Source of the DNA: Candidatus Woesebacteria bacterium RIFCSPHIGHO2_01_FULL_39_23
Lineage (GTDB): Bacteria; Patescibacteriota; Microgenomatia; UBA8517
NCBI GenBank assembly: GCA_001792305.1
Contig: MGGH01000036.1
Span: forward strand, 18,599 to 82,598
Length of the DNA stretch: 64,000 bases
Direction of reading: 5' to 3'
Part shown: one piece after another, positions 48,328 to 58,549 of the stretch
Position numbering within the stretch: position 1 is the first letter of the stretch
Layout: each line of letters opens with the position of its first letter
The notes under the pieces: generated by a model
What the model was told of the DNA's origin: nothing
The model's input: only the letters and a program-made list of their open reading frames with translations
The model's database searches: none
Position numbers and translations under genes: made by a program

Positions 48328-48870
48328 ATGGATAAATTTGAAGGTAAATCAAAATTGGTTTTTTTGCTTCTACCCGCTTTTTTGGTCACTTTTGTGGTGG
48401 TATTTATACTTCTGAAGTCCAAGGGGAAAATTTTGCCTGGGGAGGAAGTTCACTACCACGCAGGGTTTCAGGTTTACAAAGATGATAAGTTGGTTGATTT
48501 TTCTGATTTTAGGTATATGCATATTGAACCGTGTTCGACCGGGGATCATGAGGAGCAGCCAACTCAGGAAGAGGAACAAATTGAAAAAGCCCATCTTCAT
48601 GACTATATTGGAGATGTTGTCCATGTTCACAGAGAAGGAGTTGTTTGGAGGAATTTATTTACTAATATTAATTATGAAATTTCGGTTGATATAGCTGGTT
48701 ACATTAATGGCGAAAAGGTCGATGACGCGTTAAACTATCCGATTAACTCTTATGATAGTGTCGTTTTTTTTGAGGGGGAAAACAGAGATATAGATAAAAA
48801 ACTCCAAGCAGCCGTCACAAAAGATCGTATTGTTGAAGCCGAGAGTAGAAGCGAGAATTGTGGAGGCTAA
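48328..48870 (+). CDS. Hypothetical membrane-anchored His-rich protein (possible metal binding)
   Basis: N-terminal TM helix. His-rich segments HYHAGF, HIEPCSTGDHEE, HLHD and VVHVHREG. Confidence 0.4.
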   Translation: MDKFEGKSKLVFLLLPAFLVTFVVVFILLKSKGKILPGEEVHYHAGFQVYKDDKLVDFSDFRYMHIEPCSTGDHEEQPTQEEEQIEKAHLHDYIGDVVHVHREGVVWRNLFTNINYEISVDIAGYINGEKVDDALNYPINSYDSVVFFEGENRDIDKKLQAAVTKDRIVEAESRSENCGG

Positions 48871-49415
48871 AAGTATTCAGGTAAGAGCTTTTGTCAAAGC
48901 CTCACGAATGTTTTTCCCGCCAAACCAGCCCTTAAGGTAGACTATCGCATGTTTACTCTTGTTCCAGTCTTTAAGATAATATTTATCAATACGCCCACCC
49001 TTTTCTAAAAAGATTTCGACTAACTCATTGAATGAAGATTTTGTATTAATAATTCATTATATCATGTATCGCTAAAAAATGTTGATGTCTTTGAGTTAAT
49101 TTTGTCACCTTATCCCTAAGTTTAAAAAAATATGCCCATTTTAAGGTATTTCCCCTCACAGCGAGGGTGTGGTACGAATGTTTGGAGCCTAGTTTATCGC
49201 TTTAGAGGAAATATTGGGATATTCTGGAGAGCTCGGTTATTGGGGCGTACCGATTGGCTGACCATCTGGGACTACGTTCGGACTTGTTTTCAACCCAATT
49301 ATACTTTTGCTGTAAATATATAACAATATTAGCTAGCCAATCAAAAAAACTTTATACCAATTATGGGATTTTAGGGGGTGATTGTTGTGGCTTCTCCTTA
49401 TATCCGTTGCCCAGT

Positions 49416-49679
49416 TTAATATAGTTTTTTTAAGTCGCCTTCGATCAAAGCTTCTTTCTTCGCTTTAGTCCACTTCTTAATCTGGTATTCCCTATCCATT
49501 GCACTTTTTATATCTGCATAAGTTTCTGAATAAACCACGATTACCGGCTTCTTTGCTCTTAGGTATTTAGCTCCTCGAGTTTTGCTCGAATTGTGCTCCT
49601 TCAATCTATTTTCCAGATTAGAAGTCATTCCGCAATAAAGAGAACTATCAGAACAACGGAGAATATAGAAGTAATACAT
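49416..49679 (-). CDS. GIY-YIG nuclease-family mini-protein (UPF0213/YhbQ-like)
   Basis: MYYFYILRCSDSSLYCGMTSNLENRLKEHN is the GIY-YIG core. 87 aa. Confidence 0.75.
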   Translation of the reverse strand: MYYFYILRCSDSSLYCGMTSNLENRLKEHNSSKTRGAKYLRAKKPVIVVYSETYADIKSAMDREYQIKKWTKAKKEALIEGDLKKLY

Positions 49680-49895
49680 GAATTTTCCTTCGACTCTGGT
49701 TCGATTTCACTCACCATCGCCCAGGACCTTCTCCTCCTGGGCTATAGCCCTGAGCGAAGTCGAAAGGCTGAGCGGGTCGGTCTAGGCCCTTTCAGTCCTT
49801 ATAACTCAACTAATCCATTGTCTCACATTAAGGCTAAACGAGACAAATGAGACAGTACAAAAAAGAGGGCTCCGTTCAACACAAAAATGTCGGTT

Positions 49896-50909
49896 TTAGC
49901 TCTCGAAGGAAAAGCGAGCTAAAAGGTAAGAAATAGAAGATTCAGCACCTTGATTTAAGTTAATAGATTTTTCTCCGACCCCGTCATAGCATCCTCCAGT
50001 AGTTCGATCATAAACAACCTGCCCAAGAACATTATCCCCCAAAAACCAGTAAAATGTTTTGTGTGTCAACTCTTTGTAATGCTCCTTTTTTGTTACTTGG
50101 AACATTGTGTTGAGAGCCTCTACTGTGGCAGCGGCGTCCTTGGGCTGTTGGTCAAAATAGTGTCTTGTCCCTCCCTTGACAAACCAGCCACTTTGGCCGA
50201 TAGGAATATATACATTGTCCTTAAAGGTATGTTTAATTAAGAAGTTGAAGGTTTTTTCAGACACTTCGAGATATTTTCTCTCGCCGGTTATTTTGTATCC
50301 GAGGAGGAGTGCTTCTGGTAGGATGGCATTTGAATATGTTAAATAAGGCTCGAACCACTCCCATTCTAGAGAGTGACTCTTGTTATATAAAGTCACGAGT
50401 TGTTCACAATGGTGCCTTAGTGCAGCAAGGGTTTTGGGTTCTTTCCATTTCGAAAGTAAACAACTAAAAGCTTTAATGTAAAAGGCAATAGCGCGAGGTG
50501 AGGAGAAAACAACGTTTTTCCGGAAACTCTGTTCAAAGGTGGAATGAGTTTGATGCCTTAATCGTTTGGGAATTTGCTTAGTAGTTGAAACCAGAGCAAG
50601 AGCATATAAGGCTCTGGCGCTGGCGTCCTCCAAGTTTTCCTGGCGATTTCTCTCTTCGTCAACAACATGGTTGGGATTGACATAATTATTAAAATAACCA
50701 TCAGGTTTGGTTACTCGGCAAAGAAAGTTGAGATATATGGAGGCAAGTTTTAGCGAAAATGGAGTTCTGAATTTTTTGTAATGGAGAGTGGCAACAACTA
50801 ACGCTCTGGCATTATCATCCACACAATATCCTTCTCTTGAATCAAGTGTGGCTATTAACGAATGTTCCAAAATTCCAACACAATCAGTCATTCTATATAA
50901 ATGACCCAA
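49896..50909 (-). CDS. Putative (alpha/alpha)6-barrel glycoside hydrolase (GH63 / glycogen-debranching-like)
   Basis: Sequence features of six-hairpin glycosidases (YCVDDNARALVV near the N-terminus, aromatic-rich C-terminal WFLGDN and GG.YDGVG). The N-terminus may be longer than the ATG-defined ORF. Confidence 0.4.
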   Translation of the reverse strand: MGHLYRMTDCVGILEHSLIATLDSREGYCVDDNARALVVATLHYKKFRTPFSLKLASIYLNFLCRVTKPDGYFNNYVNPNHVVDEERNRQENLEDASARALYALALVSTTKQIPKRLRHQTHSTFEQSFRKNVVFSSPRAIAFYIKAFSCLLSKWKEPKTLAALRHHCEQLVTLYNKSHSLEWEWFEPYLTYSNAILPEALLLGYKITGERKYLEVSEKTFNFLIKHTFKDNVYIPIGQSGWFVKGGTRHYFDQQPKDAAATVEALNTMFQVTKKEHYKELTHKTFYWFLGDNVLGQVVYDRTTGGCYDGVGEKSINLNQGAESSISYLLARFSFES

Positions 50910-50911
50910 AT

Positions 50912-51385
50912 TTATTCCGTATCAATTAAAACCAACTCGCCGCATTTGGGATAATTTGAAAGGTCAAATTTTAGAATATTCCTCTTTTTGAGAATAGCAA
51001 TTATTACGGCCAAGGGCCATCCATGAGAACAAACACCGACTTTTTCCGACTCGACGGTTTTAATCTCATCCAAAAAGGCTTTTATTCGTTGGGTTAGGTC
51101 TTTTAAGTTTTCTAAGCCTCTGGAAACTTTTTCCTCTTCCAGTCTTTGAGAGAAAACAACTTCTATTGCCGGAACTTCTTTTTTTATGATCTCTACCGTC
51201 TGGACACATCTTTTAATGGGGGAGGAATAAATTACCCCTACTTCTTCTTTGTCCAATTTAGCGGCAATTTCTTTGGCCTGAGAAACCCCGTCATGAATAA
51301 TTTCAGCCGACTCAATTTGTTTTCCATACGGATAACCATATTTTGAGCAGTAAGTATCTCCGTGACGAAATAAGTAGAAGATCAT
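50912..51385 (-). CDS. Histidine phosphatase superfamily protein (PGAM/SixA-like)
   Basis: Catalytic RHG motif LFRHGDT. Downstream H in the GWPLA region. 157 aa. Confidence 0.7.
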   Translation of the reverse strand: MIFYLFRHGDTYCSKYGYPYGKQIESAEIIHDGVSQAKEIAAKLDKEEVGVIYSSPIKRCVQTVEIIKKEVPAIEVVFSQRLEEEKVSRGLENLKDLTQRIKAFLDEIKTVESEKVGVCSHGWPLAVIIAILKKRNILKFDLSNYPKCGELVLIDTE

Positions 51386-52560
51386 TTGATTACAGTCGCT
51401 CTAGCGGACTTGTTTAAAATCTTTTCGTAAACAAGGAGGGTCTTTTTTGCTGTAGCTGTCCACGAGAACTGTCTCGCCCGGATAAGGCCTTGAGCCACAA
51501 GCTTATTTCTCAAATCTTTATTTTTTATTTTTTTGAAAGCCTCCGAAAGCTCCTTGAGGTTGTCAGGCGAAGCAAACAAGGCAAATTCTTTAGCTACCTC
51601 TAACATACCGGAGACAGGCGAAGTAATCACTGGTACTCCGATACTGGCTGCTTCAAGTGGCGGGAAACCAAAACCTTCATAAACTGACGGATAGACCAAG
51701 GCGATTGATTTTTTCATTAATGAGGCTTTTTCTTCTTCGGAGACTTCTCCGGTAAAAATAACTTTGTTTTTAACCATTGCGCCCTCGGCGGTTTTAAAAT
51801 ATTCTTGTATTTCTTGGCAACAGATAATTGCTTCGATGTATTTTTCTGTTTCGCCGCTAATGACTAAAACTTCGTTAGCATTAACTTCTTGGAGATACCT
51901 ATTAAATGCCTTTACCAAAAAAAGAAGATTTTTTCTGGGCTCGATTCCTCCAACAAAAAGAAAGTAATCTGATTTAATAGGAAATCTCTTCAGATTTTCT
52001 TCAATTTTTTGTTCGGAGAACAATTTGGGGGGATTAAAGCCATTATAAACGACATTTATTCTTGCTGGGTTGATTTTAAAATGCCTGACTAAGTCATTCT
52101 TAGTTGTTTTAGAAACAGCGATAATTTCCGCCTTGGAGAATTTGTTTATTAAAAGATGGGTTTTGTAGATAATTTTCCTTGATAAGGGCCAAAAATTATA
52201 CGAAAATTGGGGGAAAAGTAGAGGTGAAATATCATGAATGGTGATGACGGAGGGAACTGGACAAAAAAGAGGCAAACCATTGTCGGCAGTGTTGTGATAC
52301 AAGTCAATTGGTAGTTGTTTTATTTTTCTTGGAAGGGCAATTTGGCTCCAGAGCAAGGCCTTTATTTTTTTAGGAGCGGAAACTGGAACTTCAATAATTT
52401 TTGCCCTTTGGGGCGGAGTGATAAAGAAATTGGTTTTCTCAACAACCAAGAAGATTTCCACTCCAAGTTTAATCAGTTCATTGGCAAGATTAAATTGATA
52501 TCGTCCGATTCCTCTGGTAGTAGCCCAAGTTAAAGCTCGGGCGTCAAGCGCAACCTTCAT
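51382..52560 (-). CDS. Glycosyltransferase family 4
   Basis: GT-B fold. C-terminal EGFGFPPLEAASIGVPVI (the EX7E region). Confidence 0.8.
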   Translation of the reverse strand: MKVALDARALTWATTRGIGRYQFNLANELIKLGVEIFLVVEKTNFFITPPQRAKIIEVPVSAPKKIKALLWSQIALPRKIKQLPIDLYHNTADNGLPLFCPVPSVITIHDISPLLFPQFSYNFWPLSRKIIYKTHLLINKFSKAEIIAVSKTTKNDLVRHFKINPARINVVYNGFNPPKLFSEQKIEENLKRFPIKSDYFLFVGGIEPRKNLLFLVKAFNRYLQEVNANEVLVISGETEKYIEAIICCQEIQEYFKTAEGAMVKNKVIFTGEVSEEEKASLMKKSIALVYPSVYEGFGFPPLEAASIGVPVITSPVSGMLEVAKEFALFASPDNLKELSEAFKKIKNKDLRNKLVAQGLIRARQFSWTATAKKTLLVYEKILNKSARATVIK

Positions 52561-53724
52561 TTAAAGCTCGTTAAATAATTTTATATAATCCTTAGCAATA
52601 TTTTTCCAAGTCAGCTTTCTAGCATAGTTTTGAGCATTCCGACCAAATTTCTCGATTTCTTGAGGATGATTCAAAAGATAAATGGCGGCTTCGGACAGCG
52701 TTGTCCTGTCAGAAAAAGGAACCAGTATCCCTCGGTTGTTTTTAAGGATGTCTTGGGCGTGAAAAAACGGCGTAGAGATGATTGCTTTCCCTGTAGCCAT
52801 GGCAAAAAGCAGACTGCCACTTGAACCGTGGTCAAGGATACTATAAGGGGTTACAAAGACGTCGATTTTAGCCAAAAGGGCCTTTATCTCTTCAGGGGAA
52901 AGATACTGGTTTTTGATAAGAACATATTTTCCTGTCTTAAGCCTTTTAACTAAGTCTTTCAGGTGGCGGAAGTAAGACCGAATGACTGGCCTTGAGGAAA
53001 CCCTGCCCATAATAATTATTCTTGCCTGGGGAACAACTCTTCTGATTTTTGGTAGAGCGCTTATTAAGTATTCATAGCCTTTTCTGTCGGTAAGAATACC
53101 CCATGCGCCGATTATTTTTTTATTGTTGAACCTTGATGGAAGCTTAATTTTTCCCCTTGTCTTCTTTTCAAGTAAATATTCTGGTATCCCATGGTTAATT
53201 ACCACTACCTTTGATTGGGGAAAAGTACCCGCCCTTACCAGTAATTTCTTGGCTGTTTCAGAAATAAGGATGATCTTATCCGACCTTTCCCCAATTTCCT
53301 CAATTAGTTTTTGCCTGGGCGAGATAAAAACTTTTGATGGTGAATAAACGATTTGGTGAATAACGCAAATTTTTGGTTTTTTGATTTTTTCCAGAAAAGG
53401 AAGGATGTGGTTTCCCGAATTTCCGCCGTAAATATCAAATTGGTGTTGAAGACAAACCACTGTATTTTTAGGAAGGGAGTTTATGTATTTGGCTGCCTTG
53501 AAATAAGCATTTAGACTTTCTTTTTCAATGCTTAAACTGACCCGAGAATCATATGAGTAATTTTTATTTTTTGGGGTTAGGGCTAAAACTTCATAAGGAA
53601 AGTTGGCGTTATTTTTTTTGATTCCCTCGGCTAAATCGTGGCAGAAATTAGCGATTCCACACTGGGCTGGTGGCCATGTGGAGACAAAAATTACGTGTTT
53701 ATTGCTAGTCAAGGAGTTTTTCAT
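52561..53724 (-). CDS. Glycosyltransferase family 4
   Basis: GT-B fold with a GT4-like C-terminal domain. Adjacent to and co-oriented with the other GT4 genes. Confidence 0.75.
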   Translation of the reverse strand: MKNSLTSNKHVIFVSTWPPAQCGIANFCHDLAEGIKKNNANFPYEVLALTPKNKNYSYDSRVSLSIEKESLNAYFKAAKYINSLPKNTVVCLQHQFDIYGGNSGNHILPFLEKIKKPKICVIHQIVYSPSKVFISPRQKLIEEIGERSDKIILISETAKKLLVRAGTFPQSKVVVINHGIPEYLLEKKTRGKIKLPSRFNNKKIIGAWGILTDRKGYEYLISALPKIRRVVPQARIIIMGRVSSRPVIRSYFRHLKDLVKRLKTGKYVLIKNQYLSPEEIKALLAKIDVFVTPYSILDHGSSGSLLFAMATGKAIISTPFFHAQDILKNNRGILVPFSDRTTLSEAAIYLLNHPQEIEKFGRNAQNYARKLTWKNIAKDYIKLFNEL

Positions 53725-54895
53725 AGAGCTTTTCTGTTTTTCTCACCGCCTTTTCCCAACCGAAATTTCGGCAAATTTTTTTATGACCAAGCTCTCCCAT
53801 TTTTAATGCTTTTTCCTTGTTTTGAAGTAAGAAGATTACCCTCTGGGTAAAATCATTTATGTTGTCATTCCCGTTTACTAGAAAACCGTCTTTCTTATCG
53901 TTAATGATCGTTTGTGTACCTCCAATTTTTGTTGTTACCACCGGGACCTTATTATAGAGAGCCTCGGCCAAAGCAATCCCAAAAGATTCATAGGTTGTAG
54001 GCGATAAAAATACTTCAGCCATTTTAAAGAGTCCAGCTTTTTCTGAAATGGTGACTGGGCCGAGAATTGACATATTGGAGTTCATTCCAAGACGCTTAAT
54101 AAGGGGTAAAACTTGCTTTGTCTTGTAAGAAAAATTATATTCCGGCCATGACCCGCAGGCTAACAAATATAGCGAAGGAATAACTTTTCTAACCTCATTA
54201 ACAATTTTTATTGCTTCATAAAGTCCTTTTCTGGGATTCTTCAAGTCTGCAAGAATAAGGATAAACCTCCGATTCTTGGGTAAATTAAACTTTTTAATTA
54301 AAGAATCTTCGAGGGTAAAATTCTCAAACTGGCTAAAATCCACCCCTGGCTCTATCACCGCGAGTTTTCCGTTCAGAAGCGCATTGAAAGTCTTTTGAAT
54401 ATCAGATTTTTCTTCTTTTGAAGCGCAGATAATTCTTTTTGATTCAATGCAGGCTGTTTTTCCGAAAACTTCATGGGTTGCTTTCCATATTAAATAATCT
54501 TGTTTTTCCCTATAAGCCCAACACGGATGAAAATATGTACTGACTACTAATGGTACATTTTTTACGCGGGCTGACAAGATGGCCATTTGAGTCGTCAAAT
54601 CGCTTATACCGTGGGCGTGAATAATATCAACCTTAAGCTTCAGAAGAGTCTTGGCTAAATCTGGGATGAAGAATCTTCTTGAAGGCACGGAAGTTGGGAC
54701 GGCAGGAAGACCAATAAATTTTACGTTTTTTAGATTTTTAAGCCTATTTTTGTTAAGTGGAATTCCTGTAAGCTCGTCAGAAGAAACAATATAGACGAAA
54801 TGGCCTTTTTGTGAGAGGCCTTTTGCTAGTTGGAAGATGTATTCACTTCTTCCCCCTTCGTCAAGAAATTTGAAATTAACATGAACAATTTTCAT
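53705..54895 (-). CDS. Glycosyltransferase family 4
   Basis: ESFGIALAEALYNKVPVVTTKIGG is the GT4 EX7E motif. Confidence 0.8.
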   Translation of the reverse strand: MKIVHVNFKFLDEGGRSEYIFQLAKGLSQKGHFVYIVSSDELTGIPLNKNRLKNLKNVKFIGLPAVPTSVPSRRFFIPDLAKTLLKLKVDIIHAHGISDLTTQMAILSARVKNVPLVVSTYFHPCWAYREKQDYLIWKATHEVFGKTACIESKRIICASKEEKSDIQKTFNALLNGKLAVIEPGVDFSQFENFTLEDSLIKKFNLPKNRRFILILADLKNPRKGLYEAIKIVNEVRKVIPSLYLLACGSWPEYNFSYKTKQVLPLIKRLGMNSNMSILGPVTISEKAGLFKMAEVFLSPTTYESFGIALAEALYNKVPVVTTKIGGTQTIINDKKDGFLVNGNDNINDFTQRVIFLLQNKEKALKMGELGHKKICRNFGWEKAVRKTEKLYEKLLD

Positions 54896-55038
54896 AACCG
54901 TAAGATCCTACTTATATTTACTGAAGGCAGGTCATTTGCAATTAAAATCTCTTTGTGGAGGGATTTCCCAAATTATATACGAGTTCGTTCCCTAAATCAA
55001 AAAGTCGAATTGATTGGGATCTAGTAGTCAAAATTTGT

Positions 55039-56097
55039 TCATGGCTTTAGCGGATTTTTCTTGAGTTTAGTCAATAGCTCTGTGAGGTTAATAGATTTCG
55101 CGGCAATTACCGTGTCAGCGGCTCCATAAAAAATATAAAGTCTTCCATTTCTTACTACCGCTCCAGTAGGAAAGACGATATTATTCGTAATGCCACTTTT
55201 TTCCCAGGGAGCCTTTGGGGAAAACAGAGGTTCAGTTAATCGTCCTAAAACTCTCAGGGGATTTTTACGATCAAGAAGTGCAGCAGTAGCATGGTAGATT
55301 TTTCCTAAAGGCGTATCCTCCACTGCGTGGTAAATAATGAGCCACCCGTCTTTTGTCTCAATGGGAGGACAACCACCGCCAATTTTGTAGTTTTCAAACC
55401 AATAAAAAGGATCAAACACAACAAAATCACCCAAATTCTTAAAATAATCGCGCCAACGATCTTCAGTAAGTTCAGAGAAATCGTTAAATTTAATAATTTG
55501 AATCCCGGGTAAAACTCGGTGGAGAAGAACAAACTTGCCACCGAATTTTCTGGGGAAAAGTGAGGCATCCTTTTCAAATAGCAAGATGTCCTTTCCAACC
55601 ACTTCTTTGTAGAACATTTCAAACATCCTGTACCTCTCTCTAACTTTTGACTCGCGAAAAATATCCTCAGCTTTATCGTAGGATATTTTCGGTGAGATAA
55701 TTCCATGTTTAGTGAAATGAATAAGATCCTTACTGGTGGCGTAGGCAATGAGAGCGTTATTGCCGTCATAGGCAGTGTAGAAAAGGTAGTATGTTCCTTC
55801 TAAAAGAGTAATTCTTGGATCTTCTACACCCTTTTCCTCATAATCATATTCCGGAAAAAGAACTGGTTCCTTAAGTCTTTTTACAACTTTATTATCGACA
55901 AGCTGGCAATAACCTATGGAAGAAATATCATTATGGTTAATTGCCCGATAGAACATGTGGGTCATGTCATCCACCTGGATACAGGCCGGGTTCAAAACAG
56001 CCTTATTTTCAAATTCCAGATTTGTTTTCTCTAAAATTATTCCCTCGTCTTTGATTTTTAACATTATTAAAACTCCTTTAAGCTTACTCTGTTTCAA
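55039..56097 (-). CDS. GH130-family (DUF377) glycoside phosphorylase/hydrolase-like protein
   Basis: VLNPACIQVDD...GVEDPRITLLEGTYYLFYTAYDG follows the GH130 beta-propeller motif pattern. Confidence 0.6.
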   Translation of the reverse strand: MKQSKLKGVLIMLKIKDEGIILEKTNLEFENKAVLNPACIQVDDMTHMFYRAINHNDISSIGYCQLVDNKVVKRLKEPVLFPEYDYEEKGVEDPRITLLEGTYYLFYTAYDGNNALIAYATSKDLIHFTKHGIISPKISYDKAEDIFRESKVRERYRMFEMFYKEVVGKDILLFEKDASLFPRKFGGKFVLLHRVLPGIQIIKFNDFSELTEDRWRDYFKNLGDFVVFDPFYWFENYKIGGGCPPIETKDGWLIIYHAVEDTPLGKIYHATAALLDRKNPLRVLGRLTEPLFSPKAPWEKSGITNNIVFPTGAVVRNGRLYIFYGAADTVIAAKSINLTELLTKLKKNPLKP

Positions 56098-56254
56098 AAA
56101 GAGTATGAAGACGAAGCCATTATATCAAAAAGACCACTTCATTATTATAGATAAAAGGTATATTTGGATTTTTGAAGCATCTCAATCACTAGAGTACCCT
56201 GTTTGGCTGACGGATTACGAAAAAAGGTCAAATCCAACGGATGTAAAAAATGTT

Positions 56255-57445
56255 TTAATCAACAAAGGTTAGTGCAATACCTTTTTTGTCTGCCCTTCCT
56301 GTTCTACCAATTCTGTGGATATACGCTTCATAAGACTCAGGTAAGTCATAGTTGATAACATGACTGACATTAGGAATATCCAGTCCTCTTGAAGCAACAT
56401 CGGTTGCTATAAGAATCCTAATTTCGTTTCTTTTAAATTTCTCCAATATCCTGATTCTTTGGCTTTGCCTCTTATTGCCGTGGATAGCATCCGCCTTAAA
56501 GCCTCTTTTAACAAGTTCATTTGAAAGTCTTTGTACACCGTGTTTTGTTCTTCCAAAGACGAGAGTTTTTTCAAACTCTTTTTGAATAAGGAGTTCGTGA
56601 AGTTTGTCCACTTTCATACCAGAATCAAAAACTTTAATTGTACTTTGGATAATGTTTTCCGGTGCTTCTTTTGTTTTAACCGATACAGTAACAGGATTTT
56701 GTACGAATCTTTCTAAAATTTTTCTTACCCCGCCATTAATTGTTGCCGAGAAAAAAAGCGATTGCCGGACTTTGGGAAGCAGGGAAATAATGTTGTTAAC
56801 GTCTTTAATAAATCCGATATCAACCATACGGTCTACCTCATCAAGAACAACTGAACCAAAATTTGAAAGAATTAAACTTCTTGATCTTATATGATCTTCG
56901 ATTCTTCCAGGTGTCCCAATTACAAAATTTGGATTTCTTCTTAGATCATCTTTCTGTCTTTTAATATTTGTTCCACCAATACAAAGAGCAGAGTGAATAT
57001 TAAGACCTTTTGAAAAATCAAGAAACTCTTTTCTTATTTGGAATGCCAATTCACGAGTTGGTGTAATAATAATTACTTTTTGGTTTCTATCTTTTAAAAC
57101 CTTATCTACTAATGGAATTAAAAATGCTGCAGTTTTCCCGGTTCCCGTATTGGCAATTCCAATTAAATCTCGTCCTTCAAGAATAAATGGAATTGACTGG
57201 TCTTGAATTGGTGTTGGGGTTTTATATCCTTTTTGTAGTATATTTTCCTTCAACTTATCGGAGACTTGAAAGTCGGAAAAGGTATACGATATGGCATATT
57301 TCTCGGTATCCTTTCTATCTTGGGGCGTATTAATTAGGTTTGTGGGGTCAAAAGATCTAACCCTTGTTCTGGCACGAAGGCAAATACTGCCGAAACGGTT
57401 AAAATTGTTTCCGTCTCTCTTTTTTTGATTAAATTGCCTCTGCAT
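56255..57445 (-). CDS. DEAD-box ATP-dependent RNA helicase
   Basis: Q motif. Walker A ANTGTGKTAAF. DEVD, SAT and HRIGRTGR motifs. Confidence 0.9.
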   Translation of the reverse strand: MQRQFNQKKRDGNNFNRFGSICLRARTRVRSFDPTNLINTPQDRKDTEKYAISYTFSDFQVSDKLKENILQKGYKTPTPIQDQSIPFILEGRDLIGIANTGTGKTAAFLIPLVDKVLKDRNQKVIIITPTRELAFQIRKEFLDFSKGLNIHSALCIGGTNIKRQKDDLRRNPNFVIGTPGRIEDHIRSRSLILSNFGSVVLDEVDRMVDIGFIKDVNNIISLLPKVRQSLFFSATINGGVRKILERFVQNPVTVSVKTKEAPENIIQSTIKVFDSGMKVDKLHELLIQKEFEKTLVFGRTKHGVQRLSNELVKRGFKADAIHGNKRQSQRIRILEKFKRNEIRILIATDVASRGLDIPNVSHVINYDLPESYEAYIHRIGRTGRADKKGIALTFVD

Positions 57446-57700
57446 AAGTTTAAAGATTAAACAAATCGAAGGGACAAAACTGCCTAAATAAGGAAGATGT
57501 ACTTATGAATAACGGAGAAAAGATACGAATTAAACAGTTAATAAACTAAGGGCATCTTTATCTTGTGAAACTCAAAGCACGCTCAAATTTAAGCAGATTT
57601 ATCACTTCAATCTGCTAATACAAAACTATTGTACTACGAATAAGCCAACAATGCAAGCAACTATAGGGTATAGAATAACTTTGTTAAGCTAAGTATCTTA

Positions 57701-57970
57701 CTAGAACTTTTTTAGTAAATCTAAGTTTCCCAAAATCAAAGTTTCCTTCTTGGCTCGTGGCCACTTTTTAAGTTGAACCTCTCTTTGCATGGCCCCTTTC
57801 CGGGTTTTGTACTCCTCGTTATAAACCAGATTTAAAGAAGAAAAATACCGGGTATATTTTGCAGATTTACTGGTTTTATTTTTGTGCTCTTGTATCCTTT
57901 TTTCAAGATTGTTTGTTTGACCTCCGTATAAAGTGTTAGAAGAAGTCCGGATAATATAGACAAAATACAT
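57701..57970 (-). CDS. GIY-YIG nuclease-family mini-protein (paralog of 49416..49679)
   Basis: MYFVYIIRTSSNTLYGGQTNNLEKRIQEHK. 89 aa. Confidence 0.75.
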   Translation of the reverse strand: MYFVYIIRTSSNTLYGGQTNNLEKRIQEHKNKTSKSAKYTRYFSSLNLVYNEEYKTRKGAMQREVQLKKWPRAKKETLILGNLDLLKKF

Positions 57971-58127
57971 GGTTCGACTTTACTCACCACCCGACATTCT
58001 TATAGGTCTATAGCCCTGAGCGACTGTGGGGAGTCGAATGGCTGCGAACCGTGGACGCTATTCGAACATATTTTACAACAACATCCGAATCAATAACCAT
58101 TCCTAATTTTAACTTAGTTCAGATTTC

Positions 58128-58511
58128 TTAGAGATTATTATCAATGAAAATTTTCAGAGAGTCTAAATCCTTTTTGTCAGGGTCGTAATAATATGATGTT
58201 ATACCTACAGATTGGGCACTTTTTACTGCCTCTGGATTATGCTCGAAATAAACCACTTCACCAGCTCTCAGATTGAACTTTTTAAGCAAAGTTTTGAAAT
58301 ATCTTGGGTCGGTTTTTTCAGGATTGTGTTTGAGTGTAAAAACTTCATAGGGCATTTTATCCAAACCAAATAATTTGAACTGCTCATCATTTGCCCCTGT
58401 CAAAATAATTTTCCTGTTTGGGTAGGTTTCAAGCAAATCTTGCATTTCTTTGAAAGTACCTTCACCTTCAATAACAAACGCGTCCACTGCATCAACCAAA
58501 ATTGTTTTCAT
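58128..58511 (-). CDS. Small HAD-like hydrolase
   Basis: MKTILVDAVDAF begins with a DxVD motif. C-terminal VVYFEHNPEAVKSAQSVG is HAD motif III/IV-like. Confidence 0.55.
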   Translation of the reverse strand: MKTILVDAVDAFVIEGEGTFKEMQDLLETYPNRKIILTGANDEQFKLFGLDKMPYEVFTLKHNPEKTDPRYFKTLLKKFNLRAGEVVYFEHNPEAVKSAQSVGITSYYYDPDKKDLDSLKIFIDNNL

Positions 58512-58549
58512 TTCACCTTTATATTATAACCTAAGTTTAATGGAGTAAA

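Noticed and set aside
49130-49330. tmRNA or SRP RNA in the GC-rich intergenic segment
   Set aside because: No tRNA-like acceptor/T-arm (GGATTCGA...CCA), no tag-peptide reading frame, and no SRP domain IV GGAAGGAAGCAGCC-type motif found by eye.
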